Below, one piece after another: positions 1-10,143 of a DNA stretch of 64,000 bases. Origin of the DNA: Bryobacterales bacterium (GTDB lineage: Bacteria; Acidobacteriota; Terriglobia; Bryobacterales; UBA6623); NCBI GenBank assembly GCA_963422375.2, contig OY729427.2, positions 480,001 to 544,000 on the forward strand, read 5' to 3'. The position numbers and the translations under genes are program-made. The notes beneath the pieces were generated by a model. That model searched no databases and had not been told where the DNA came from. It saw nothing but the letters and a program-made list of their open reading frames with translations. How positions within the stretch are numbered: position 1 is the stretch's first letter; every line of letters begins with the position of its first letter.

Positions 1-264
1 ACGGTCATGAAGGTCAACGAGGGGCGCCCTAACGCCCTCGACCTGATCGCCAACCGCAAGGTCGACCTGATTGTGAACACCCCGGCGGGGCCCTACGCGT
101 TCGATGACGAAAAGAAGATCCGGAGCGCGGCGATCCAGCACGGCATCCCGAGCATGACCACTCTGAGCGCGGCGAAGGCCGCAGTCAACGGAATCGCGGC
201 CCGCAGGGCGGAGCGCGCCCGCGTGCGGGCGCTGCAGGACTTGCACGCCGCGGCACCGGCATAG
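1..264 (+). CDS. carB: Carbamoyl-phosphate synthase large subunit, C-terminal MGS-like domain (runs off window start)
   Basis: KVNEGRPNALDLIANRKVDLIVNTP...DEKKIRSAAIQHGIPSMTTL matches the CarB C-terminus. Confidence 0.9.
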   Translation, partial: TVMKVNEGRPNALDLIANRKVDLIVNTPAGPYAFDDEKKIRSAAIQHGIPSMTTLSAAKAAVNGIAARRAERARVRALQDLHAAAPA

Positions 265-1618
265 CCGCACGTCCGCTCGAACCGGGCACGCCGCTCTAAG
301 CGAGGCCTCCCTCGGGGATCGCCTGATGGCAACCCGGTCCATTCGGATGCCTCCCGGGCGCGGCCGCACTCGGCGAAACCCATCCGGCCCGGAGAGACTC
401 GCCTAGATCACCATTCGCCGTCCCCTGCCAGCACCTGCTAGGCGGCAACCAATGCTCATGAGCGGGCGGCACCCCATCCGGGCCAGCAACCGGGGTCGCC
501 TGACGACCGAGCCGGGCACCCCCGCTCGATACGGCCCGAGGCAAGCCCCGAGCAACGGGCGCGCCCGAGGCACTCCGCGCGCGGCTGCAACCGGGTCAGC
601 CGAGCCGGTAGCGGCTCGCCATCAGATCTCGTGGCAGCCCGAGTGGCTAGGTCATTCGCTAGCGCGACGGACGGTTGCAATGGCCCTCAAACCGTGACGC
701 CGGTCCCTCGGCAGCGCCGCGACACCGAACGCCTCTGATGGCATTTCTCTAAGTTGACGAGCAGCAGGCCCCGGTCAGGGACACTTCGAAGTATGCGAAT
801 GTTGCTTCGGCGTTCATCGGTCGCGCTCTGTAGTCGGGCATTGGCTTGCTGGGCGGTAGCGACCCGCCACTTGTTGCGTCTTCGCCCATTCGCTAGTCCG
901 GGCTCCATCTCGCCTTGTGGAAGCCCGTTGTCGCGCTAGGTCCCCCTCGAAGGGCGGTGGAGAATACCGGATCCCGACTTGGCCGACTGTCGGCCGGGCA
1001 ATTGCGAGACCAACCTGAACTGAATCCGCGCCGCCGCCATCAAGTCCGGATTGCGCAGCCGCGCCAAGCCCACTTGCCGAGCCTGTAGGACGGGGTCGAG
1101 ACCGGCGACGTCCAGCGCACGCAACCCAACCTTGGCAGGGCTCCGTAGATCTCACGCCGAATCCGCGGGGTCCGGCCCGCGACCGCGGCGGACGAGTTCA
1201 ATCCGCGGTGGCCGATGGCACCCGCCGTCACGGTATAAGCCCTTTCTGCCTAGTCCGTTGACAGACGTCGGAGGCGGCCGTGACTGGCAGCCGCCGGGCG
1301 AGCCGCACGAGGTCGTCGCCGCTTTCTGCGAGGAGCCGTCTCATACGCTCGGATCGGCCTACACAGTCGGTCCTATCGGAAGGCAGGGAACCGAGGGCGT
1401 GCAGGCCAGAACGCAAGACGCCCGCCACGCCGCTGCCCCAGACCGACAGGCAGCGGGAAGGTCTGTCTCTGACCTATCCGAAGCCCGAGCGCGGATTGCG
1501 GAACCGTCCCGAGGGGCGAGGCTGGCGGCGATTAGGACGCGCAGTCAGGGACGGTCCAAGCAACGCCTTCCAAGGCGCGCCAACAGTCAGCGGCGCCAAA
1601 GCGGCCGAAGGGGGCCCG

Positions 1619-1624
1619 TACAAT
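1619..1624 (+). promoter_or_regulatory. -10 box (TACAAT) 8 nt upstream of purH ATG; leaderless or very short leader
   Basis: TACAAT-ggtcgttc-ATG, no Shine-Dalgarno. Confidence 0.55.
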
Positions 1625-1632
1625 GGTCGTTC

Positions 1633-3183
1633 ATGGCAAGGATCCGGCGGGCACTACTGAGCGTCACGGACAAGACCGGGCTAGCGGACTTCGCTCGCCA
1701 GCTTACCGCGAGCGGACTCGAGCTGGTTTCCACCGGAGGCACGGCGCGGATCCTGCGCGAGGCGGGTTTGCCCGTGGAGGACGTCTCGGATGTGACGGGC
1801 TTCCCGGAAATGCTGGACGGGCGAGTGAAGACCCTTCACCCGCGCATCGCCGGCGGGATCCTCGCCGTTCGGTCGAACGCCGAGCATGCGAGCGCCCTGG
1901 AACGCCACGGAATCACGCCCATCGACATGGTGGTGGTGAACCTGTACGCCTTTGAGTCAACCGCCGCCCGCGAGGGAGCGACATTCCACGAGCTCATCGA
2001 GAAGATCGACATCGGGGGGCCTTCGCTGATCCGCGCTTCCGCGAAGAACTTCACGGACGTGGCCGTCGTCACGGACCCGGCGGACTACCCGGCAGTCGGG
2101 AAGGAGCTGGCCTCGGACGGCACGCTTTCGACCGCCACCCGGTGGCGACTGGCACAGAAGGCATTCCGCGTGACCGCTGCCTACGACAGGGCGATCAGCG
2201 CCACGCTCGCCACGCTCGAGCCCGGGCAGCCTCCGGGCGGCGAGGCGGACAGCCCGTTGCCCGCGCAGCTGGACTTGCACGTCCCGCGCGCGCGGGCGCT
2301 GCGATACGGGGAAAACCCCCACCAGCAGGCCGCGCTGTATGCCGAAGGGCGCGACGGCGTCGGCGGGGCCCGCCAGCTCCACGGCAAGGAGCCTTCGTAC
2401 AACAACCTAGTCGACTTGGACGCCTCGTGGCAGCTCGCCCTCGAATTCGACCGGCCGGCCGTGGCGATCATCAAGCACACCAACCCGTGCGGTTGCGCGG
2501 AGGGGGCCTCGCTGGCCGAGGCATACCTAAAGGCCTTGGCCTGCGACCCCGTCTCGGCGTTCGGCTCGGTGATCGCTACCAGCCGCCTGGTGGATCCGGA
2601 GACCGCCCGGGAAATGTCGAAGCTGTTCGTCGAGGCCGTAGCGGCGCCAGGCTACGAGCCGGAGGCGCTGGCCCTGCTCCGGAGGAAGAAGAACACCCGC
2701 CTCATGGAAATCGGCAGGACCGCGGCGGGCACGCTCGTGCGCAGCATTTCGGGAGGTTTCCTCGTCCAGACCGAAGACCGCGCCGAGAGCGGTCCTGAGC
2801 GGTTTGACGTTGTAACCGAGCGGAGGCCTACCGAGGCCGAGGAGGCATCCCTGCGCTTCGCGTGGAAGGTGGTCAAGCACGTCAAGTCCAACGCGATCCT
2901 GTACGCCCGGGACGGCCAGACGGTCGGGGTGGGCGCGGGCCAGATGAGCAGGATCGATTCGGCCCGGCTTGGGGCGCTAAAGGCGGCGCTGCCGTTGGCC
3001 GGCAGTGTGGTGGCCTCGGATGCCTTCTTCCCGTTCGCCGACGGGATTGAGGAGCTCGCGAGCCACGGGGCGACGGCCGTGATCCAGCCGGGAGGCTCGA
3101 GACGAGACGGTGAAGTCATAGATGCCGCGAACCGCCTGGGCTTGGCGATGGTCTGCACCGGGACGCGGCACTTCCGCCATTGA
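1633..3183 (+). CDS. purH: Bifunctional AICAR transformylase/IMP cyclohydrolase
   Basis: MARIRRALLSVTDKTG, GRVKTLHP, IDIGGPS, LRYGENPHQ, ASDAFFPF, TGTRHFRH; start refined from ORF-track 1051 to ATG 1633. Confidence 0.97.
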   Translation: MARIRRALLSVTDKTGLADFARQLTASGLELVSTGGTARILREAGLPVEDVSDVTGFPEMLDGRVKTLHPRIAGGILAVRSNAEHASALERHGITPIDMVVVNLYAFESTAAREGATFHELIEKIDIGGPSLIRASAKNFTDVAVVTDPADYPAVGKELASDGTLSTATRWRLAQKAFRVTAAYDRAISATLATLEPGQPPGGEADSPLPAQLDLHVPRARALRYGENPHQQAALYAEGRDGVGGARQLHGKEPSYNNLVDLDASWQLALEFDRPAVAIIKHTNPCGCAEGASLAEAYLKALACDPVSAFGSVIATSRLVDPETAREMSKLFVEAVAAPGYEPEALALLRRKKNTRLMEIGRTAAGTLVRSISGGFLVQTEDRAESGPERFDVVTERRPTEAEEASLRFAWKVVKHVKSNAILYARDGQTVGVGAGQMSRIDSARLGALKAALPLAGSVVASDAFFPFADGIEELASHGATAVIQPGGSRRDGEVIDAANRLGLAMVCTGTRHFRH

Positions 3184-3299
3184 CGCCCGGCGCGCCGTGA
3201 CCGTGGCGGGCGCGGCTCGAGCAGCGAGGAGTGCTCGAGGGGACGCTTGCCGAAGCCCGGCGCCTGCCTTGCGGTCGCATGCCTGGGTCACGCGTGCGG

Positions 3300-3938
3300 A
3301 CGGAAGCAACCAGTCCGGGGTCATCCTCGCTAACCGGCTGCACCAGCGGCCCGCATCCTGCACTTCAAACCTAGCCGCGCCCGCATCCAGGACCACCACC
3401 CGGACCTCGTCGCCCGACCGGACGCCGAGCTCGGAATGCGGACCGCTTGCGTAGCCTTGGGTCGAGCCGCTTAGGGATCCCAGCCGCAGCTGCACGGAGA
3501 GAGGACGACAGCGGCAGGATCTTCGATGCGAACGCGACAGCTGCCGCCAGGAGGGCAGCCGAGCGCGACCGCGAGCTCGAACGGAGCCAACGTCACGCTG
3601 CACCCTGACAAGTAGCGCCCCAAGGCTGTACAAGTCCAGTACGGTTCGCCTGCGCCAGTCCGACCGTCGATAGCCTCGTCGAACGGGCGAAGCCGAATGG
3701 ACGAAGCGTCGGCTACGCTGGCGAGGCCGTCTCGCAGCTTGAACTTCGGTGTTGCAAGATACGCTCGAACGGTGCTAGGATAGACACCACACCTTGCTGG
3801 AATCTCTTCGATAAGTACGTCGACAGAAGCGACGCCGTCGCCCTCTTCAATTTGCCGAATGATCTCGCCCAAGGTTCAGTCGTACGGAGCGGCAATCCAT
3901 TCCTACAGCCCCCAGCGCATCTTATCGGCCTTGATTAT
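3300..3938 (-). pseudogene. Degraded 3' part of a large hypothetical protein, truncated at its 5' side by IS1595
   Basis: Coding-like frame 3471-3872 continues upstream through two in-frame stops to the IS end and shifts frame near 3510; resembles C-termini of sigma-70 region 4-like hypothetical proteins (weak). Confidence 0.45.
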
Positions 3939-4023
3939 GGGAATTATATATCTGAGTGCCGAGGGAATCAAGTCGGAAAATTATCAAGCCATAATAAGAT
4001 TTCATGTTTCTTCCGAATTTCCG

Positions 4024-4053
4024 TTGACATTCTGTGGTGTTTCTTGGTAGAAT
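4024..4053 (+). promoter_or_regulatory. Near-consensus sigma70 promoter inside the IS1595 left end
   Basis: TTGACA-18 nt-TAGAAT with TG extension; same in copy 2, TTGATA-18-TAGAAT in copy 3. Confidence 0.7.
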
Positions 4054-4076
4054 AGTTCCAGTAGGGGATACTGTAA

Positions 4077-5033
4077 ATGAAGAAATCAGGTCCCGGAAAG
4101 TGGTTCCGTAAAGGCATCACATTGATGGAAGTGATCGCCATGTTCCCCGATGACGAATCCGCGGAAAAGTGGTTCGCCTCCATGCGCTGGCCGGACGGTC
4201 CCGCGTGCCCCCGCTGCCGCGGCTCCAGCGTGCAGTCCGGCGCGGCCCACCCTTCGATGCCGTACCGTTGCCGCGGCTGCGGCAAGCGCTTTTCCGTGCG
4301 CACCGGCAGCGTGACGGCCGACACCAAGCTCGGCTACCGCGTCCGGGGCGTGGCCCTGTTCCTGCTGACCACCGGCCTCAAGGGCGTCTCCGGCATGAAG
4401 CTGCATCGCGACCCGGGCATCAGCCGGAAGTCGGCCTGGCACCTCGCGCACCGCATCCGCGCGTGCCGGGAGCGGGATCGGGGCCTGTTCGCCGGCCCGG
4501 TGGAAGTGGACGAGACCTACGTCGGCGGCAAGGAACGCAACCAGCACGAGAGGAAGAAGGCCCGTGCCGGGCGCGGGCCCGTCGGCAAGACGCCCGTGGC
4601 GGGGGCGCGGGACCGCGCCACGAACGCAGTGGCCGCGCGGCCGCTGCCGGGCACCGCCAAGGGCGACCTGCAGGGCTTCGCGCGCGCCCGCGTCGCGCCG
4701 GGCGCGCAGGTCCGCTCCGACGAGGCGGCGGCCTGCGCCGGCATGGCGGAGTTCGCGCACGAAGCCGTCAGGCACTCCGGCGGCGAGTACGTGCGCGGGG
4801 CGGCGCATGCGAACGGCATCGAATCGTTTTGGCCCCTGTTCAAGCGCGGCCTGTACGGAACCTATCACCGGATGAGCGTCCGTCATCTCGGCCGCTACCT
4901 CACGGAGTTCGCGGGACGGTGCAACGACCGCGACTGCAACACGGCGGAACGGATGCGGCGCATGGCGCGGGGCTTGGTCGGCCGGACGCTGACCTGCCGG
5001 CAGCTGACCGGCAAGGCCGCGGTCGCGGCCTGA
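4077..5033 (+). CDS. IS1595-family (ISXO2-like) DDE transposase with N-terminal Zn ribbon
   Basis: CPRC...CRGC Zn ribbon, VEVDETYVGG, SDE, NGIESFW, GTYHRMS.RHL.RYL.EF. Confidence 0.92.
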   Translation: MKKSGPGKWFRKGITLMEVIAMFPDDESAEKWFASMRWPDGPACPRCRGSSVQSGAAHPSMPYRCRGCGKRFSVRTGSVTADTKLGYRVRGVALFLLTTGLKGVSGMKLHRDPGISRKSAWHLAHRIRACRERDRGLFAGPVEVDETYVGGKERNQHERKKARAGRGPVGKTPVAGARDRATNAVAARPLPGTAKGDLQGFARARVAPGAQVRSDEAAACAGMAEFAHEAVRHSGGEYVRGAAHANGIESFWPLFKRGLYGTYHRMSVRHLGRYLTEFAGRCNDRDCNTAERMRRMARGLVGRTLTCRQLTGKAAVAA

Positions 5034-5471
5034 GCGGCGCCCGCCGCGCTGAGCGCGGCAGCCCGCTGCGGGCGCGCTCTTCACGCTCGGTGCGCTTCAC
5101 GCTCGGTGCGAGGGGCGCACCGGATGCGGAATGCCCCGGCGCGACCCCGGTCCGGCCCGGACCGTCCATGCAGGCCGTCGAGCGCCGGGGATCCGCTGTC
5201 TTCGGCCCTCGCAGGGCCTGCAAGCGGCTTGCAAGGGGTGCCCTGCCACCGCCAACCGGGTTCCACCGGGGCAACCGGGGCAGGCGAGGCGGCCTCTCTA
5301 GTCCCTGCCTCGTCCAATCCGCTGGCAGGCTCGAGTCAGATACGATCCCACTCCCCACCCCTCTGTGCCCGCCGCGGCCGCACTCGAATGAACCCAGCTC
5401 GACACCGACCTCCCTGCTCACAGCAGTTCTAGTCGGACATGGCGTTGTCGGCACTCAGATATATAATTCCC

Positions 5472-6380
5472 TTTCTTTACGTCGCGCTGACGGCTCCCCA
5501 CACCCCTACCAGCCCCAGCCCGGAGTTTGAAGGCACCAGCGACTTGGGCTTGTACGGGGACTTTGTCGAGGAGACCGACGCCACGGTGGGGCGCGTCCTA
5601 CGCGCTCTGGAATTGCACGGCCTGAGCGACAGCACGCTCGTGATCGCCACATCCGATCACGGCGCCGCACCGTATGCAGGCAATCTCCGCAAGGCGACGC
5701 CGAACCTCATTCGAGAGCTTGAGAAGCTCGGCCACTACTCGAGCGGCATCTACCGCGGTTACAAGTTCACAGTGTTCGAGGGCGGCCTGCGAGTGCCCTT
5801 GCTTGCGCGATGGCCGGGTGCGGTCCCGCCCGGGTCTCGCTGCAACCGATTAGTGGGGCTGAATGACCTTGCAGCCACGGTCGCCGACGTCGCGGGCATC
5901 GACTTGGATCAAGGAGACCTCCCGGACTCGGTGAGCCTCGCGCCTCTCCTGAGGAATCCGACAGATCAAAGCGTGCGAACGCACCTAGTGATGCAGTCGC
6001 CGCTGGCATTCGCAATCCGCCACGACCGTTGGAAGCTCGCCCTCACCCCCGGGAGCGGTTCCCGGGGCATGTGGGGAACGTCGCCGGCACCCGAGGAAGC
6101 ATGGGGCGATGCCTTGGAATCGTTCGAATCGATTCCGTCCCCTGCGGACTTGCGGAAGGCACCGTTCGTGCAGCTGTTTGACCTCGTCGACGACGCGCGC
6201 GAAACCAAGAACCTAGCCGCCGACCGACCGGCAAGGGTTGACGCGCTGAATTCCCTCTTCGACTCGATCATCGAGCGCGGACGCAGCACGCCCGGGCCCG
6301 CACTTGCCAACGACGTCGCATCCGTCGATCTCCACAGGAATGCCCGCCCGTGGATCCGGCAACTCGGCACGGCGCGCTGA
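5472..6380 (+). pseudogene. Arylsulfatase, C-terminal part only (5' half lost at IS1595 junction)
   Basis: FLYVALTAPHTP, TSDHG, RGYKFTVFEGGLRVP, QLFDL..D..E..NL; the frame begins inside the IS end and there is no CxPxR motif. Confidence 0.85.
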
Positions 6381-7570
6381 GGCGCATCGCAACGGCGCGC
6401 GCATCCAGCCAGCGTGCCCGCACTGCCGTCCGTCCCGCAGGCAGGCAGGCGCTCGCATCCGGCTCCGTAGCGAGGGGTCGAGCCGCCACCGGCCTGATCC
6501 GCCGGCACCACGAGCCTCACGAGCCTACTGAGCGGGTCGGCTTGGTCAAGGGTGCCGGCCGAATTCCAGGCCCGCGCCGCCAAGAATGCTGAGCGGGACC
6601 TTCCGTGTGCCGATACGCTGCTGGGTGCGCGGCCGCTGCGGCACGAAAATCTTGCCCGGCGCGGTCTCCGAGGCGGTCGAATCGACAGGTTTGCGCTGGC
6701 GGCCGAGCCCAGGCGCCGGGCTTCGTTGCACCACTGGCATCGCGTCGGAGGGCCGCTCGGTCAGCACCTGCAGGAATGGTCGCGAAACTCCATCAATCGC
6801 ACACCTCCAGTCCTAGTTTGAGGGCCTGCGACCCGCGCCCGAGAGACTAGGTGAGAGGATGATGGGGCCACGGAGGCCGAGCTAGGCAGGCATCGTGCGC
6901 TCTCGGAAATTGCTGCCAGGCCGTCCGCCGCCGTGTTCGCGCTTGCCTGCATGCTGCTTGGTTCCGGCGGGCGGCCGCCCAGACCCTCGACGACTTCCAG
7001 CCCCCGGCCCCGTCGAGCCCGCTCGGAATGGTGAGTGAGATCCGCTACGACGCGGGCCGGATCGAATTGCCAGCCGGCTTCCTCGCGAACCCCCTCCCGG
7101 AATCGAGCGCCTGTTCCGCTTCAACGAGGCTCTGTGGATCCTTGCCTACGAGACGTCGATTCATGACGGGGGGCGAGCCAACCGGGAACTATGTCTGCCG
7201 CACCTTCCTCGGCGACAAGGCGTTCACCGAGAAACGGGGCGCGCGGATAGCTACCCTCTAGTCGGCCTCCTTCACGAAGGAAGTGCAGCTGCCCGAGGGA
7301 CTCGAGCTGTTCGTGCCGGCCGGCCGAGGGCGGCACTGGCTGCCGCTGCGCAACAATCCGTCCGGCGGCGACGCTGAGGTCGGCATGGGAATCGAGTGCC
7401 GGGACCTCCGGCGAGCATGCGGGGGTCGCGTTCCGCATCGGATTCGCGGAGTCCCTCAGCGGCGCGCGGAGAGCGATGACATCGGCGACGGACAGGGATG
7501 GGAACTGCCGTTTGGACGGCACGAAGTTGGTCCGTCCGGGCGGTCAGTGGCCCGCTGCGTGCGCATCGCT

Positions 7571-8728
7571 TCAGACGAGGACTTCCCCGATACGCCGCCC
7601 TTGCATCCCTTCGGCGGGCACGCCCAGCGTCGCGGCCGCGGTGGCGGCCACGTCCACGTGCGAGATGGGGCGGTCCGTCTCGCCCATTTCGAGCCCCGCG
7701 CCCAAGGCCAGCAGCCACACGTGCCGGCACGACGGATCCCCGCTGCGATGGTTCAGGAAGCCGTTCGCGGTGTTCAGGTCCCCGTCCCGCCCCAGCTCCG
7801 GCAGGATCAGGACGGTGGTCTTGTCCCTGTAGTCCGGATTCGACTGGACCTCGTCCCAAAGCAAGCCGCAGAGGCGATCAGTCTTCGTGATCGCCTGGAG
7901 ATACAGCGAGTACGCGCCCCAATGCGCCACGTCCATGTCCCAGAAGTTGACGAGCAACAGCCGCGGCGCAAACTCCCGCATCACCTCCCTCGTCACGAAG
8001 AAAGTCAGCTCGTCGCCCGAGTTGGGCGCTTCCGGGCCGTAGATGTACTGCACCAAGCCGCGCTTGAGCGTGTCCTTGACCTGCCTGTCCAGCTGTTTGC
8101 CGCCGCGGAAGATCGTCCATCCTATGCCCTCGTAGCCGGCGTTGAGGATGCCCTCCAGCTGGTGGAGCACGTTTTCGCGGTCCGCGACCCCCTGGTCAAG
8201 GTCCCGCTTGATCACTTCGTCTACCGCTTCCAGCAGCAACAGCTTCGGCAGGACGACGTTCGCGCCTACATCCTCACCGTACCCCCGCACCCGCGTCGCG
8301 CCCATCGAGGCGAAGCTCTTGTTCGTGCAGATGGCCCAGGCGTCGGTGGCGGGCTTGCGCCGCGACTTGCGGTAGCGCTCGAAGATCGTGGGGCTGGCGG
8401 CCGACTGGAACCCGAAGTCGTCGACTCGCTGCCAGTTCCCCGTCACGATGCTGGACGTCGAGTTGTAATGGGACAGCACTCCACTGTTGACGCAATTCGA
8501 GAAGAACCGGCCCTGGCTCTTCAACGCGGACAGACGCGGAATGTTCCTCAGTCCCTCTCGGGCGAATGTCTCCCGGTAGCGGCACCCGCCGCCGAACGTC
8601 ACCACGATCAGCTTGCGGTCGTCGTGCGGACGCGCTTCCCGTTGCGCCCGGAGGCCCGGCGGCACGAGCTTCTCGGCAATCGCCAAGCCCGCCAGTTTGA
8701 GAAAATCGCGCTTGGGCAGTCGCAGCAT
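7571..8728 (-). CDS. Alkaline-phosphatase-superfamily-like hypothetical protein with Tat-like signal
   Basis: KRDFLK signal; LLLVNFWDMDVAH, TTVLILPELGRD, SHVDVAAT motifs; start overlaps upstream stop (TGATG). Confidence 0.65.
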   Translation of the reverse strand: MLRLPKRDFLKLAGLAIAEKLVPPGLRAQREARPHDDRKLIVVTFGGGCRYRETFAREGLRNIPRLSALKSQGRFFSNCVNSGVLSHYNSTSSIVTGNWQRVDDFGFQSAASPTIFERYRKSRRKPATDAWAICTNKSFASMGATRVRGYGEDVGANVVLPKLLLLEAVDEVIKRDLDQGVADRENVLHQLEGILNAGYEGIGWTIFRGGKQLDRQVKDTLKRGLVQYIYGPEAPNSGDELTFFVTREVMREFAPRLLLVNFWDMDVAHWGAYSLYLQAITKTDRLCGLLWDEVQSNPDYRDKTTVLILPELGRDGDLNTANGFLNHRSGDPSCRHVWLLALGAGLEMGETDRPISHVDVAATAAATLGVPAEGMQGRRIGEVLV

Positions 8729-9411
8729 CAGTAGTCGACGATTTCCCCGCCCGGAATCTTCCTCCGCATTCCCGCACCCAAATCCAGCGGATGGTCGTAT
8801 CCGGCGAGGATCTCGCCTGAGGGGGAGTAATAGGGCCCGATGTCGCAGGCCATGGACCCGCCTCCCTCATCGACGAAGGTAATCTTGGTCACCAGCTTTG
8901 CGGACTTGTAGCCGTACTTCGAAGGCGCCAAGAGGCGCAGCGGTGCCCCGTGCGGGTCCGTGAGCGGCTGGCCGGCCATCTCCAGGCAGAGCATCACCCC
9001 GGGCTGGGCCATTTCCTCCAGCGACATGTACTCGTACCACTTGTCCGCGCAGTCGATGCGAACGGCCTTCGCGCCGGAGAGCGGCTTGACGTCCTCGAGA
9101 AGCTCGTCAAAGCGAAAGCCGCCCCAAGTAGTCCGGGCGGACCAGCACTGCACGCACTTGAGGCGCGAGGACTGCTCGACACGCGGATACGCCTTCAACT
9201 CCTCCACGGGCAGCGAGGCGGGATTGGCGACGAGCCCGCCGATCTCCAGACGGTACGAGCTCTTGTCGACCGGCGGCACGGGGTTGTACCACATGATTCG
9301 AAACCCGAGCTCGTCGGGCGTGTCCGTCGGGAGCATCACCCGGCGGCGTTCCGCGGCCCAAGCCGCCCCTCCGCCTGCGGCGGCGGAGGCAAGAAATCGC
9401 CGACGATCCAT
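8728..9411 (-). CDS. Molybdopterin-dependent oxidoreductase (sulfite oxidase/MsrP-like catalytic domain), Tat signal
   Basis: RRRFL signal; RLKCVQCWSA, HGAPLRLLAP.KYGYKSAK.V.KI. Confidence 0.85.
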   Translation of the reverse strand: MDRRRFLASAAAGGGAAWAAERRRVMLPTDTPDELGFRIMWYNPVPPVDKSSYRLEIGGLVANPASLPVEELKAYPRVEQSSRLKCVQCWSARTTWGGFRFDELLEDVKPLSGAKAVRIDCADKWYEYMSLEEMAQPGVMLCLEMAGQPLTDPHGAPLRLLAPSKYGYKSAKLVTKITFVDEGGGSMACDIGPYYSPSGEILAGYDHPLDLGAGMRRKIPGGEIVDY

Positions 9412-9444
9412 CAGTGCTTTGAGTTTACCAGCACTTCCGCGAGC

Positions 9445-10124
9445 CTATTGGGGAATGAACCGGTAGCCGATCCCGTGATGCGTGACGATCCACCGCGGCC
9501 TCTTCGGATTCGCCTCGATCTTCTGCCGCAACGATCCCACATGCACATCAACCGTGCGCGTTCCGGCCGACGCCTCGCCCTTTCTCCAGACCTCACGCAG
9601 CAGCACTGCGCGTGTCAGAGTCTCCCTAGGATGCCGCAGGAAGTACTCCAGCAGCTGGTACTCCAGCGCCGACAGGCGCAGCTGCGTCCCCCCCCCCGCA
9701 GCGGGTCGACCCGCACTTCCCCGAAGCGATATCTGGGAATGTCGGCCCGCGCGACGCTCCGCTGGTCGCGGCGCAGAACCGCCTCGACCCGCGCCAGAAG
9801 TTCCGCCATCTCGAACGGCTTGGGAAGGTAGTCGTCCGCACCTGTCTTCAATCCCCTGACGCGGTCCGTCACGTGGTCCTTCGCGGTCAGCATGAGCACA
9901 GGAGTAGAGACGCCGGCGTCCCTCAATTCCTTGCAGACATCCATGCCCGACTTCTTGGGCAGCATCAGGTCAAGCACGATTAGGTCGATCCCGCCGCGGC
10001 GGGCGCGATCGAAACCCGCCATGCCGTCCGTCGCGAATTCGACTTCGTAACCCTCGGACTGGAACCGGTCCTCCATCGTCATGCCGATTCCGGCCTCGTC
10101 TTGGATCAGCAAGACGCGAGGCAT
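9445..10124 (-). pseudogene. OmpR-family response regulator, frameshifted at a G10 tract
   Basis: Receiver domain (LDLMLP, MLTAK, GADDYL.KPF); after G10 (9688-9697) the winged-helix domain (LSALEYQLL...TRTVDVHVGSLRQKIE...GIGYRF) is in another frame, ending TAG at 9445. Confidence 0.88.
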
Positions 10125-10143
10125 CGCAGCACGGCTCCTCGTG

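Larger units (their letters stand above)
3939..5471 (+). mobile_element. IS1595-family insertion sequence, copy 1
   Basis: Perfect 24-bp IRs GGGAATTATATATCTGAGTGCCGA (3939-3962, 5448-5471); contains transposase; flanks TTGATTAT / TTTCTTTA are not duplicated. Confidence 0.93.

Noticed and set aside
1228..1250. Minus-strand CAGAAAGGGCTTAT resembling the RNase P RNA 3' end
   Set aside because: No GAGGAAAGTCC 5' element found at the expected distance
1275..1320. CGTGACTGGC upstream of purH, reminiscent of a ZMP/ZTP riboswitch
   Set aside because: The rest of the motif, including the 3' CGCCTGGG pseudoknot segment, is missing, and it lies ~300 nt upstream of the likely purH promoter
1051..1632. 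194-aa N-terminal extension of PurH in the ORF track
   Set aside because: Low-complexity GC-rich open frame; PurH homology starts at ATG 1633
6381..7570. Possible degraded gene(s) between the sulfatase fragment and the phosphatase-like gene
   Set aside because: Only short coding-like patches with stops; no family could be assigned
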